Source: a virus (lineage: Duplodnaviria > Caudoviricetes). From it: a stretch of 33,360 nucleotides of DNA. Made by a program: the position numbers and the translations under genes. The stretch covers positions 1 through 33,360 of the IMG/VR virus record IMGVR_UViG_3300005764_003243. The stretch is one strand, 5' to 3'. Of this stretch, positions 23,591 through 33,120 are shown piece by piece; position 1 is the stretch's first letter, and each line of letters opens with the position of its first letter. The notes beneath the pieces were generated by a model. That model had not been told where the DNA came from, did not search any database, and saw only the letters and a program-made list of their open reading frames with translations.

Positions 23591-24345
23591 TGCCCGACGC
23601 ACCCGCACCCGCACCCCCCGAAACCCCGCCCGGCGCCGCGCCGGCCCCCGAGGTAGAAACGCCGCTCGAGGCGCCCGCCGCCCCGCCGGCACCCTCCGAG
23701 CTAGATACGCTCCGGGCCGAGCATGCGCGCATCCGAGAAGAGAACGCCGCCTTAAACGCGACGCTGCGCCTGTTAACCCCGGTGCCGCAAGCGGCGCCGC
23801 AACCGATGCAGCTCGTACGCCTCGCCCCCGAGCGCGCCCGCATGCTCGCGCAAACCCTCGGCGGCGGGTGGAATGAGCAAAACGTGCAAGAGCACGTTCC
23901 GATTTTCGCCGCGTTCCTTCAAGAGCTAGCGACGCCGATTCTTACCGGGCTCGAGGGAATGGCGGACGTCGTCGACCTCGTGCAAGCCCGGCAAGAGATA
24001 CCCGACTACAAAACCTTTACCGAGGAAGTCGACCAGCTACGCGCCGAGTATCGGCAACGCGGGCAGACTATCACCCGCAAGCAAGCCGTCGCCGCCGTGC
24101 GGGCTCGGCGCATGGAAAGCCCCGAATACATGGACAAGGTGTTAGAGCAACGCGCCGCCGAGCGCGCCGCCGAGCAGCAACGCCGGGCCGCCGGGGCCGC
24201 CGCCGTCATTACCGAGGGCGGGGCGACCGTGCAGAAAGCCGGCCCGGAACCGACCAAGCAACCGCGGGCGCCGCAAACCAAAGAGGAGTTTGCCCGCCTA
24301 TCGCTCGAGGAGAAACGCAAGGCGCTCGAGGGCGCTACGATCTAA
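23590..24345 (+). CDS. Capsid scaffolding protein
   Basis: Pro/Glu-rich N-terminus, coiled coils, EEFARLSLEEKRKALE C-terminus; directly before the capsid gene. Confidence 0.75.
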   Translation: MPDAPAPAPPETPPGAAPAPEVETPLEAPAAPPAPSELDTLRAEHARIREENAALNATLRLLTPVPQAAPQPMQLVRLAPERARMLAQTLGGGWNEQNVQEHVPIFAAFLQELATPILTGLEGMADVVDLVQARQEIPDYKTFTEEVDQLRAEYRQRGQTITRKQAVAAVRARRMESPEYMDKVLEQRAAERAAEQQRRAAGAAAVITEGGATVQKAGPEPTKQPRAPQTKEEFARLSLEEKRKALEGATI

Positions 24346-24363
24346 CGGGAGGAGGGCCGCGCC

Positions 24364-25686
24364 ATGCCCGGCAGTACCTACAATTATTCCGACCCGGGGC
24401 TATCGACGTCGACAACGCTCGTTAACGACCTCGCCCCGCTTTGGCTACAGGATGAGCTGCTAGCCATCGCAGAAAAGCTGACCGTGTTTCAGGATATCGG
24501 CGACACGCCGACCATGCCCGAGGGCGAGGGCAAGACGTACTCGGCGCAGCGCTACGAGCGCTTGACGCTACCGGGCGCGCCGCTGACCGAGGGCATTACG
24601 CCCGACTCGACGCCGCTCGTCGTGAACAAGGTAACCGCCGTGCTCGAGCAATGGGGCATGGTCTGCTCGCTGACTGACGTCGCGATGATGACCACCAAGC
24701 ATCCGGCGTTAACGGCGGCAAAGGATAGGCTCGGCAACGCCTCGGCCGAATTGCAGGATCGGGAAATACAAAAGACCCTCATGGGCGGCGGCGTCGTCGT
24801 ATTCCCGGGCGGCAAGACGTCGAGGTCAACGCTCGCGTCGGGCGACGTACCGACAACCGATTTCGTTTCGGGTATCGTCGCCACGCTCCGCCAGCTCGGC
24901 GCACCGACCTTTTCCGGGTCGATGTACGCCGGCGTGATTGACCCCTATTCCGAGCAGGATCTAGCGAAAGATTCGACTTTCGTATCCTCGCACCAATACG
25001 CCGAGACAACCGCGCTCTTTAACGCCGAGATAGGACGGTGGCGCGGCGTACGGTGGAAGCGGAGCAATTTGCTTCCGATTCTCTCGGCGCTCGCAACCGG
25101 CGCCGGTGGCGTTTCCGCCGCGGCGTTGACGTCGCTTCCGACCGGCGACACGGGCTTTACGGCGGGCTCGAGCGTCAAGGTAACCGCGGCGCTCGCCGAC
25201 CCGACAACCGGGCTCGATACGCGGCAGATAACGACTGCCACGGTAACCAATGCCGGGGCGTTCGACGTGCAGTTTACGATTTCGGCGACCGCACCCGCCG
25301 GGCGATACAATCTCTATGTGTCGCAGGAAGCGGGTACCGTGCCGCTCTACGCCGGTATCGTGACGTTCGCGGGCACCGGCGCGGCAACGTACAACGTCGC
25401 GAAAGCCTCGGGCGGCGTGTCGATTGCCGCCAATCCAAACGGCGCGCCCGCCGGCGCCGACCCGCCCGCCACCGGTACCGTGCACACCGGGTACATTTTC
25501 GGCAAGTCGGCCTTTGCCGTGCCCGCCCTCGGCTCGCGTACGCAGGCCACATTGACGCCGGCGACGGCAACCGACTCTGACCCGCTACAGCAGCGCCGCA
25601 AGGCCGGGTTTAAGTTTATGACCAAGACGTGCATTTTAAACACCGACTTCTTCCGGCGTTTCGAGTGCATGTCGGCATTTAACTAA
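24364..25686 (+). CDS. Major capsid protein, N4-gp56-like family
   Basis: Strong RBS GGAGGAGG; MPEGEGKT, PLTEGITP, LEQWG...LTD, AEIGRWRGVRW, DPLQQRRKAGFK. Confidence 0.9.
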   Translation: MPGSTYNYSDPGLSTSTTLVNDLAPLWLQDELLAIAEKLTVFQDIGDTPTMPEGEGKTYSAQRYERLTLPGAPLTEGITPDSTPLVVNKVTAVLEQWGMVCSLTDVAMMTTKHPALTAAKDRLGNASAELQDREIQKTLMGGGVVVFPGGKTSRSTLASGDVPTTDFVSGIVATLRQLGAPTFSGSMYAGVIDPYSEQDLAKDSTFVSSHQYAETTALFNAEIGRWRGVRWKRSNLLPILSALATGAGGVSAAALTSLPTGDTGFTAGSSVKVTAALADPTTGLDTRQITTATVTNAGAFDVQFTISATAPAGRYNLYVSQEAGTVPLYAGIVTFAGTGAATYNVAKASGGVSIAANPNGAPAGADPPATGTVHTGYIFGKSAFAVPALGSRTQATLTPATATDSDPLQQRRKAGFKFMTKTCILNTDFFRRFECMSAFN

Positions 25687-26231
25687 TGGCGCGGCCCCGG
25701 AAGTATCCGGCGACGGCGTCGGTGCCTAACATCGCACCGGCGTCGGCCGCGGCCGAGGTCGACGGGCCGCCGACGCCCGAGGAGCTAGAGGGGCTCGAGG
25801 CGGGCCAGCTCGTAAGTATCGCGCTCGAGTGGCCCCGCATGACCATTACCCCCGCCATGCTTACGGCGTTGAATGAGACATGGCGCGACGTCGTGCTTGC
25901 CGACGACGACGAGGGCAAGTCGCTCGCCCGGCGCATTGTCTCGAGGCTGCGGCGGTGCGGGCATGGCGAGCTGCACCCTGGCTGTGTGCGCGTCAAGCTC
26001 GACGTGCCCGTATTGAAGCGCGCCGACGGCCGCGGCGGCGTGTGGTTTGTCACGATAAACGAGCGAAAGTTTGTCGGCCCGTGCGAAGTATGGGAATGCG
26101 AGGCCCGTACCATCCTCGAGCTTGTGCACCGCTACCGGCAAGTCGAGGATAACCGCATGAGCGATGACCAGCACCTAATCGACCTCGACGGCGGCATGGC
26201 GGAGCGCGCTCGAGCGATTCAGCGGGCGTAA
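25686..26231 (+). CDS. Hypothetical post-capsid protein
   Basis: TAATG-coupled to the capsid gene. Confidence 0.6.
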   Translation: MARPRKYPATASVPNIAPASAAAEVDGPPTPEELEGLEAGQLVSIALEWPRMTITPAMLTALNETWRDVVLADDDEGKSLARRIVSRLRRCGHGELHPGCVRVKLDVPVLKRADGRGGVWFVTINERKFVGPCEVWECEARTILELVHRYRQVEDNRMSDDQHLIDLDGGMAERARAIQRA

Positions 26232-26569
26232 TGGCGCAGCGTACGCCGAAATTCTCGGGCCAGCTCGTGAAAGTCACCGGCGAGGGCGAGCATGTGACGC
26301 TTGCTTTTACCGCGGGCACCGTGGACGAATTGCGCGCCGCCGTCGGCGTCGTCGGCGCCGTCGCCGCGGAGCGCATGAATGCAAACAACGCCGCGATACT
26401 CGACGCCGCCTCGACATTCGAGGAGCGGCAAGCGCAAGTTTACAGTAACGCCGTCGCGCAGCTCCGCCGCGAACTAGGCTTGTCGGCGCCCGGCGACGGA
26501 AACGGGGCGACACTAGAAACCCATGCCGACAATCCCGCAGGGCCGATACACTCGGCAGAGAATCCGTGA
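26231..26569 (+). CDS. Hypothetical protein
   Basis: TAATG-coupled. Confidence 0.55.
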   Translation: MAQRTPKFSGQLVKVTGEGEHVTLAFTAGTVDELRAAVGVVGAVAAERMNANNAAILDAASTFEERQAQVYSNAVAQLRRELGLSAPGDGNGATLETHADNPAGPIHSAENP

Positions 26570-27212
26570 CCTAGCGCTGAATCGAGCCGGTAACCGGGCG
26601 CTCGACGCCGACGCCGCGGATTTTCTGAGTCAGCACCTTTTCGAGCTGTATACGCTCGCCGACTGGCCCTTTCTCTACGTGTCGGCGCCGCTCACGATTA
26701 CCGGCGCGACGGTCGACTTGCCCGACGATTTCGTGTCGATTCAGGATGACCATGGCATGCAGATTTTAGCCATTGACGGGCAACCGACGGCTAACACATT
26801 CGTCGCCGAGCTATCGCCCGAGGAGCTAGCGGCGCGCTCGGGGCCGGGCATGCAAAGCGGGGCGCCGCCGAGCTTCTACGCGATATCGCGCAGCGCCATG
26901 CAAGCAAGCTTTTCGCCCGACCCCTCGGGCCATTCGCTCGACGCGCTCGTGCGCTATCGGCGCTTGCCGCCCGAGCCCTTGCCCGCCGACGAGCCCGACG
27001 ACGTGCCCGTTTTCCCGTATCACAATTATTTGGTGCAAGCCGTGTTTGTGTTTGCGCTCGAGCACGAGCGCGACCCTCGAGCGCAGCAAGAGGCAGCGAA
27101 CCGCGAGATGCTCTTAGCGTCGATTCGCCGCGGGCAAGCACCCTTGCGCTCGCAGCGTTCCGATATCCCGCTCGACCCGCTCGTTTTTCGCACGCCATAC
27201 CGAGGATGGTAG
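26523..27212 (+). CDS. Head-tail adaptor (tail tubular protein A-like)
   Basis: DWPFL, VDLPDDF, PPSFY, PDP, PVFPYHNYLV pattern and gene position. Confidence 0.7.
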   Translation: MPTIPQGRYTRQRIRDLALNRAGNRALDADAADFLSQHLFELYTLADWPFLYVSAPLTITGATVDLPDDFVSIQDDHGMQILAIDGQPTANTFVAELSPEELAARSGPGMQSGAPPSFYAISRSAMQASFSPDPSGHSLDALVRYRRLPPEPLPADEPDDVPVFPYHNYLVQAVFVFALEHERDPRAQQEAANREMLLASIRRGQAPLRSQRSDIPLDPLVFRTPYRGW

Positions 27213-27215
27213 AGA

Positions 27216-29180
27216 ATGCCCGGCGCCCCCGATAGAGAGCACGTAATCCCGGTGCGGAAATTCGCGGGCACCATCTTGTCGGTTGACCCCGCCTTTGTGC
27301 CGCTCGGGTTTCTCGCGAGCTGCAATAATTGGATTCCTGACCCGACGTACGTGCTAACGAAGCGGCGGGGGTCGATGCAATGGCAGCAGCTCCCGGGTAC
27401 CGTCGAAGATGTCGATACGCTCGCCTATAACCTCGGCTCGGATGGGCATCGCTATCTCTTCGCGATGGTCTGCGCTGGCACCCCCGGCGGTGATACGCTC
27501 TACGTCTCGGTCGACGACGGCACCTTTACCGCCGTGACCAATGGTACATTTGCCACGCAAAGCGAGCGCTACGCGATGGCTGCCGTCGGCGATACCATGT
27601 ACGTCGGGAACGATAGCGACCCGATGAAATATATTCACCTCGCCGACGCCGCGGTGGATTTGGTGCCGATGGGACTTGCCGACGATACCGGGCAGACCGC
27701 CACCTGCCTCGACGATCCAAACTCCAATCTGCTTGCCGGCGTCTACTCCTACCGCTGGGGCATCTACGACGGCACCAACAAAAAGTGGGTCAAGCTCGGG
27801 AACGTGCGCACCATCTTGACGCCGGCGGCAAGCCGGGTGCGGATTCAGTTCCGGCCGCCGACGGGCGGGCTGACCACTGGGCAAACGTGGCATCTCTTTG
27901 TTGCCGGCGTCGACCAGATGATCGAAGGGGCGCATGATCAGCTCCCTCACGGCGTCGCCGCGGGCAGCTCGGATATTTTCGCGCTCTACGACGACCCGAC
28001 GGTCGATACGACGGTCGTCCCTATCCCGTCGACGGTGCAGCGCCACGGGTCGCACCTCTGTGTACACCGCGGGTGCGTCTACGGGGCCGGCGGCAGTGGC
28101 TCGGAGAACCGGCGCGTATGGGCGACCTCGGTGCTCATTCCCGGGCTCGAGCAAACGAGCCTCGACCAAGGCGTGTTCTTTCCGGCGACGGCATTGACAC
28201 GCGACCTCGGCGACAAGGTGACGGGGCTTGCCGTCGTGCCGCAGTCGTCGGGCTCTATGCAGCCAAGCGCCCCGCTTGCCATCTTTACGCCCGTATCGAC
28301 CTGGCTCTGGCAAGGCGACTTGTCGAGCGATGACCCCGGAGCGAGCTTGACGCAGATATCGGCGGAGATTGGCTGCCCGAGCGATCGGTCAATCGTCGCC
28401 ACGCCGGTCGGCGTGATCTTCTGTGGCAAGCGGAGCGTCTACCTCTTAAGCCCCGCGGCCGCCGAGCCCCGCGATATCGGATGGCCCATTGAAAGCGCTA
28501 TCCGAAACATACCCGACGAGTCGCGCGAGCTGTCATGGGCGGTTTTCCACCGGGGGTTTTACAAGCTCGCGATAGCGCAAGCGGGCCAGGTCACGCCGAC
28601 GGCGCAATGGTGGCTCGACCTCCGCCACGGGCTTAGCGACCCGCCGGCATGGTGGGGGCCGCATACGACGCCGGCGTACACGGCAAGCGTGCGGGTGCAG
28701 AATCACCCCGCGGAGGATGACCGGCAATGGGCGGCCCTCGGCGCCGGGCAGATATTGCTGCTCGATCAGGCGGGGCACTACGTCGAGGATGGGGTGCCGC
28801 CGGTGCCGATACAGTCGCGCATGGTGACCGCATACCTCGACGACGGCGCGCCCCTCACACCAAAGCTTGCCAAGCGGGCGCGCGTCGTCGGCCGGGTCGA
28901 TACGACGACCTCCGTTACCGTGACGATCACGGGCGACGAGGCGCGTTCGGCAACGGGGATTCTGCCGCTGCATGGGAGCATGGGCGGCGAGTGGAATCTT
29001 TCCGATTGGAACGTGGCAGATTGGGTTGTCTCCGCGCTCGACCTCGCCGAGTTTGAATTGCCGGTGCCCGAGATTCGCGCCCGAGCCTTCCAAGCGATTC
29101 TCGAGCATACCGACCCGCTCCGCGTCGATCTGCGCGATTTCGAGTTGCGCGTGCAACCGTCGGCCCGGGAGACGCGCTAA
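27216..29180 (+). CDS. Tail nozzle/stabilisation protein (tubular protein B or P22 gp10-like)
   Basis: LTKRRGS, GDKVTGL, ISAEIGCPSDRSIV...GVIF, IGWPIE; beta-propeller-like. Confidence 0.75.
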   Translation: MPGAPDREHVIPVRKFAGTILSVDPAFVPLGFLASCNNWIPDPTYVLTKRRGSMQWQQLPGTVEDVDTLAYNLGSDGHRYLFAMVCAGTPGGDTLYVSVDDGTFTAVTNGTFATQSERYAMAAVGDTMYVGNDSDPMKYIHLADAAVDLVPMGLADDTGQTATCLDDPNSNLLAGVYSYRWGIYDGTNKKWVKLGNVRTILTPAASRVRIQFRPPTGGLTTGQTWHLFVAGVDQMIEGAHDQLPHGVAAGSSDIFALYDDPTVDTTVVPIPSTVQRHGSHLCVHRGCVYGAGGSGSENRRVWATSVLIPGLEQTSLDQGVFFPATALTRDLGDKVTGLAVVPQSSGSMQPSAPLAIFTPVSTWLWQGDLSSDDPGASLTQISAEIGCPSDRSIVATPVGVIFCGKRSVYLLSPAAAEPRDIGWPIESAIRNIPDESRELSWAVFHRGFYKLAIAQAGQVTPTAQWWLDLRHGLSDPPAWWGPHTTPAYTASVRVQNHPAEDDRQWAALGAGQILLLDQAGHYVEDGVPPVPIQSRMVTAYLDDGAPLTPKLAKRARVVGRVDTTTSVTVTITGDEARSATGILPLHGSMGGEWNLSDWNVADWVVSALDLAEFELPVPEIRARAFQAILEHTDPLRVDLRDFELRVQPSARETR

Positions 29181-29181
29181 A

Positions 29182-30228
29182 ATGGCGCAGATCACCCGAC
29201 CGTCGAAAGAGGGCGGCGCGACGACGTACCAGGGCAAGGTCGCCGCCGGGTATACCAAGATTCTCGCCTCGGAAGTCGACGCGGATTTAGACAAGATCTA
29301 CTCGGCGTGGAATACCGGCGTGGACGGCTCGAATATTCAGCCGGGGTCGATCACGGGCGGCATGCTCGCCCCGGGCGCCGTCGGCACGCGCGAGCTCGCC
29401 GACGGCGGCGTGCAAACGGTTGATATTGGCGCGCAGCAAGTCACGCTCGCCAAGCTCGCGCCCGAGGTCACGACGGCGGGCGGCGACTTGAGCGGTACGT
29501 ATCCAAACCCGGCTCTCGGCGTCGTGCAAAGCGGAATGGTACAGGTCAAATCCCGCGGGGCCGTCGCGGCTGGCGCGGCGTTTACCGAGCTTCGCGGGAA
29601 TTTCGTCACCGACAATGCCTTCGATAATACCAAGCCCACATGGATGGCGCGCGTTAATTACGGGAACGATGCGTTTGAAATCTGGCGCGCCCCGGCGCCG
29701 GGCACTACGTTTGCGTCGCCCTTTTCGGTGCGTGGGAGTGACGGCAAAACGGCGTGCACACTCGCTGATATTTCGGTCCTCAAGCAGATGCTTGCAGTCG
29801 GAGCCTCGGCGTACGATTACCACGCCTTCACGGTGACCGGCCCGCTGGGGCTCACGCTCAATTCAGAGGCGCTCTGCGTGGAAGGGACGTTCGTGTCGCG
29901 ATCCGGCCCATTTCTCATGCTTGCCGTGTTGAGCGGGCATGTCGGGGTCGCGTCATCGGCTCCGAATAACTCGTTGACCGCACGTATCCGAGTCGACGGT
30001 ACCGCGGGCGTGCCGACCGATGGCGCGATCTATTCGACGCAATCGGTTGCGCAGTTGACGACCGGGACGGGCGTCGCGGTTGTGCCGTTTGGCCTGACGT
30101 CGCTTGCCGGTGGTACCGGCCTCTCTGTCGGCTCGCATCGGGTGAAGATCACTTGCACGCTCGGGGGCCAAGCCGTCGCGAGTACTGCCATTGATACGGG
30201 TACGCTGATTGTGCTTGAGCTGTCATGA
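29182..30228 (+). CDS. Tail fibre protein
   Basis: ILASEVDADLDKI anchor, GSITGGMLAPGAVGTRELADG repeats, GGDLSGTYPNP. Confidence 0.75.
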   Translation: MAQITRPSKEGGATTYQGKVAAGYTKILASEVDADLDKIYSAWNTGVDGSNIQPGSITGGMLAPGAVGTRELADGGVQTVDIGAQQVTLAKLAPEVTTAGGDLSGTYPNPALGVVQSGMVQVKSRGAVAAGAAFTELRGNFVTDNAFDNTKPTWMARVNYGNDAFEIWRAPAPGTTFASPFSVRGSDGKTACTLADISVLKQMLAVGASAYDYHAFTVTGPLGLTLNSEALCVEGTFVSRSGPFLMLAVLSGHVGVASSAPNNSLTARIRVDGTAGVPTDGAIYSTQSVAQLTTGTGVAVVPFGLTSLAGGTGLSVGSHRVKITCTLGGQAVASTAIDTGTLIVLELS

Positions 30229-30893
30229 TCGTACGCCGCGCCATCTTTGCCGACGTGCCCGCGATTCGCATTGCGTTCGGGCACCTCGTCGCCGAGCTCG
30301 AGGCGCACCGGCTCGTGCCGTACCCGGAGCATGACGCGCAAACGCTCGACGATTTTACCGTGCACATTGCGGGCCGGGTGCAGGTCGACCCCCGCTTGCT
30401 GCTCTACGTCGCGCTCGAGGATGATACCCGCGCGTTGCTTGGATTTCTCGGCGGCGAGGTATCCGAGCGCGTCCTAGGGTACCCGACGCGCTTTGGCGCC
30501 GCCCATTGGCTCTACGTCGCCCCCGGCGCCCGGGGGCGCGGCGTCGCCCGGGCGCTCGTCCGCACCGCATGCGTCGATCTGGCGGCCATGGGCATTACGC
30601 ACGTCGAGCTGGCGTCCCTCACGGGCGACGAGCAATGGCTGAAACGCGGCTGGTACCCCTACCTCGTGCATTTCGTCTTGCCGCTCGAGGCGGTCGTCGC
30701 CGGGGCCGCCGAGCGGCCCGTGCTCGAGCCGGCGCCGGCGCTCGAGGTGCCCGCAGCCGAGATAGCCCCGCCGCTCGAGGCGTCGGCAAATGGGAATGGC
30801 GCCACGCCGCATCCGGCGCCGATGCGGCGCAAGCGGCGTAAACGGGCGCGGCGTCGGGCGCCGACGGTAGCCAAGGCGGAGCCATGCGCCTAG
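30225..30893 (+). CDS. GNAT-fold acetyltransferase-like protein 1
   Basis: MIVRRAIFADV, LLGFLGG, WLYVAPGARGRGVARALV. Confidence 0.8.
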   Translation: MIVRRAIFADVPAIRIAFGHLVAELEAHRLVPYPEHDAQTLDDFTVHIAGRVQVDPRLLLYVALEDDTRALLGFLGGEVSERVLGYPTRFGAAHWLYVAPGARGRGVARALVRTACVDLAAMGITHVELASLTGDEQWLKRGWYPYLVHFVLPLEAVVAGAAERPVLEPAPALEVPAAEIAPPLEASANGNGATPHPAPMRRKRRKRARRRAPTVAKAEPCA

Positions 30894-31411
30894 TGCGCCA
30901 CGCGACACCGCGCGACGTCGGCGCGCTCGTCGAGATGCTCGGGGCGCTGCTTGCCGAGCACCAAGTGCGGCACCCCGACACCTATCCGCGAACCGACCCG
31001 GTTTCGGGCGCCGCGTTCTATGGGGCGGAATGGGGCCGGCGCCTCGGTACCGACCCCGCATGCAACGTGTGGCTCGCCGCCGACCGCGACGTGCGGGGCT
31101 TTCTGGCGGGCGAGGTGTGGACGCGGCCGGTTGGCGAGCCACCGTCGGCTTTCTTCGTCGAATGGGTATACGTCGTACCCGAGCATCGCAATACCGGGAT
31201 TTCCCGCGCCCTCTTTCGAGATGGCTTGCTGCCCTATTGTCGGCGCCACGGTATCGACGTCGTCGAGGGCCGCACGGTACCCGGCGATACCCAATGGACG
31301 CGCCGAGGATGGGCGACCGTGGCATGCTCGGTCATGCGCGGCGTCGACGCGCTTACGCTCGACGTCGCCGAGCGCTCGGGCGATACGGTGCGCGAGGGGG
31401 CGAGGCAATGA
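30884..31411 (+). CDS. GNAT-fold acetyltransferase-like protein 2
   Basis: LVRHATPRDV, VRGFLAGE, WVYVVPEHRNTGISRAL. Confidence 0.8.
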   Translation: MRLVRHATPRDVGALVEMLGALLAEHQVRHPDTYPRTDPVSGAAFYGAEWGRRLGTDPACNVWLAADRDVRGFLAGEVWTRPVGEPPSAFFVEWVYVVPEHRNTGISRALFRDGLLPYCRRHGIDVVEGRTVPGDTQWTRRGWATVACSVMRGVDALTLDVAERSGDTVREGARQ

Positions 31412-32622
31412 GGTGCGATGATTCGAGGCGCTACCACCGGCGCTCTACTCCCGAGCGGGTGCGGTATTTCGGCAAGAACGAATCGAGCACCTCGATACAG
31501 TCGCCCTATGGCTCGCTCCCGACGACGGTCGCGGGGCGCATTAACCGCCAGCAACTAAGCCCGCTCTTAATGGGGCTCGGGCTCGGCACCGGGCCTCGAG
31601 CGCAGCGCCTACAGCAGCAGATCGAGAGCGGGCAAGCTCGAGGGCCGCTCGCCTCGGCGATTCAGCAGATACAGCAATACGCCCCCGGCGTGATTGGCGG
31701 CGCTACCGGAATCGGGCAACGGGTCGCACGGGAGGGTGAGCAAGCCGTCAACACCTTGCAGCAGTCGATTACCGGTGCACAGCAGATGATGCCTGAATGG
31801 ATGGCGGCGACTCGGGAGGGCTTAGGTGCGTCGCGACAAGCGCTAACCAGCGCGCAAGACCTCGCAAACCAATACCAGGGAATGTTGCCGGGCTTGCAGC
31901 AGACGGCGGCGCAAGGCACCGCGGGCGCGCAAACGGCGCTCGACCTCGCCCGCGGCGCGGCGCAAGGGCCGCAGCTCGGCGCCTCGCAGCAAGCGCTCAA
32001 TCTCGCGCAACGCTACGCGCAGCAAGCGGCGTCGCCGATCCAAGGCGAAGACCTCTACCAAGCCGCCGCCCGGCGGGTCATGCAGCAGGTACAGCCGGGG
32101 CTCGCCGCGCGCGGGCTCGAGGCGGGCGGCGCCGGCGCGCAAGCGCAGACGGAAGCGATGCGTGACTTGGCCTACAAATTCGCCGCCGACCAAGCGGCGA
32201 ACCGGCAAGCGAGCTTGCAGGGGCTTACCGGCGCCGCGTCGAATCTCGGCAATCTGCAGCAGCAAGGGATTACCGGGCTCGAGGGCGCGTCGCAGGGCGT
32301 GCAGCAAGCGGCGCAAGGGCAAGCGGGGCTCGGGCAGTCGATGCTCCCGTATCTGCAGGCGTTGCAGCAAGGCGCGCAAGGGATCCAGGGCGCGGCGCAG
32401 CAAGGCGCGCAGATGGCGATGGCGGGGCCGCAGCTCGCCGGTATGCAGGCAAACGCCGTGCAGCAGCTCGGGCAAACCCTTATGCAGCAATACGGTTTGC
32501 CTATGCAGGCAACCGGGCAGCTTTTGAATATTCTGACCGGCGGTATGCAGCCAGGGTTACAGATGCTCGAGGCGACGCGCCCGATAGCGACGCCGTCGAG
32601 CAAAGGAACGCAGGTACTTTAA
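31408..32622 (+). CDS. Gln/Ala/Gly-rich internal virion (ejection) protein
   Basis: Helical low-complexity composition, LAARGLEAGGAG motif, position after the tail genes. Confidence 0.7.
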   Translation: MRCDDSRRYHRRSTPERVRYFGKNESSTSIQSPYGSLPTTVAGRINRQQLSPLLMGLGLGTGPRAQRLQQQIESGQARGPLASAIQQIQQYAPGVIGGATGIGQRVAREGEQAVNTLQQSITGAQQMMPEWMAATREGLGASRQALTSAQDLANQYQGMLPGLQQTAAQGTAGAQTALDLARGAAQGPQLGASQQALNLAQRYAQQAASPIQGEDLYQAAARRVMQQVQPGLAARGLEAGGAGAQAQTEAMRDLAYKFAADQAANRQASLQGLTGAASNLGNLQQQGITGLEGASQGVQQAAQGQAGLGQSMLPYLQALQQGAQGIQGAAQQGAQMAMAGPQLAGMQANAVQQLGQTLMQQYGLPMQATGQLLNILTGGMQPGLQMLEATRPIATPSSKGTQVL

Positions 32623-32625
32623 GCC

Positions 32626-33117
32626 ATGGGCGATATGGCGTCGAGCTTAGGCCAGCTCGGTAGCGACGTCGGGCAAGCGACCGGCGTAAGCAATCTCGCC
32701 TCGGGTATATCCGACCTCTTTTCGGGCGGTAGCGAAACGCCGGCGCCGGGCGCCGCGGGTACGCCCGAGTTTGTCGGGCCGCCGTCGCCGGTACAAACGC
32801 CGGGTTTTCTTCAGGGCTTTGCGCAAGGGTTTGTCGGCATGCAACCGGGCAAGGGTGCGGATACGCCGATGGGCGCCGGGGGCGAGATTGGCTCCGGGCT
32901 CGGGCAATTCTTCCACCTTATCGACCAGCTTAAGCAGGGCGGCGTCGAGGGTACCGTAGGCACGCCGATGGTACAGCTCGCCGGGAAAAAGCTCCTCGGC
33001 ACCGAGATGGCGCCCGGGTACCAGCAAGCGACGGCGCCACAAAGCGGGCTTATTCATAAGATCATTGCGGCGTACACGGGCGGCATAGTCGACTCAGGGC
33101 GCATGGGGCATATCTAA
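32626..33117 (+). CDS. Gly-rich putative internal virion protein
   Basis: Operon continuation with 3-nt spacing. Confidence 0.55.
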   Translation: MGDMASSLGQLGSDVGQATGVSNLASGISDLFSGGSETPAPGAAGTPEFVGPPSPVQTPGFLQGFAQGFVGMQPGKGADTPMGAGGEIGSGLGQFFHLIDQLKQGGVEGTVGTPMVQLAGKKLLGTEMAPGYQQATAPQSGLIHKIIAAYTGGIVDSGRMGHI

Positions 33118-33120
33118 GCC

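Noticed and set aside
7755-30228. Diversity-generating retroelement or invertible fibre cassette
   Set aside because: No reverse transcriptase or invertase, and no near-identical nucleotide repeat with adenine-specific mismatches seen; fibre similarity is at protein level only
3300-31407. Long N-terminal extensions in the ORF track (starts 3300, 4565, 12231, 12928, 14963, 15925, 28972, 31030)
   Set aside because: They overlap neighbouring genes; downstream starts with SD sites or stop-start coupling fit better
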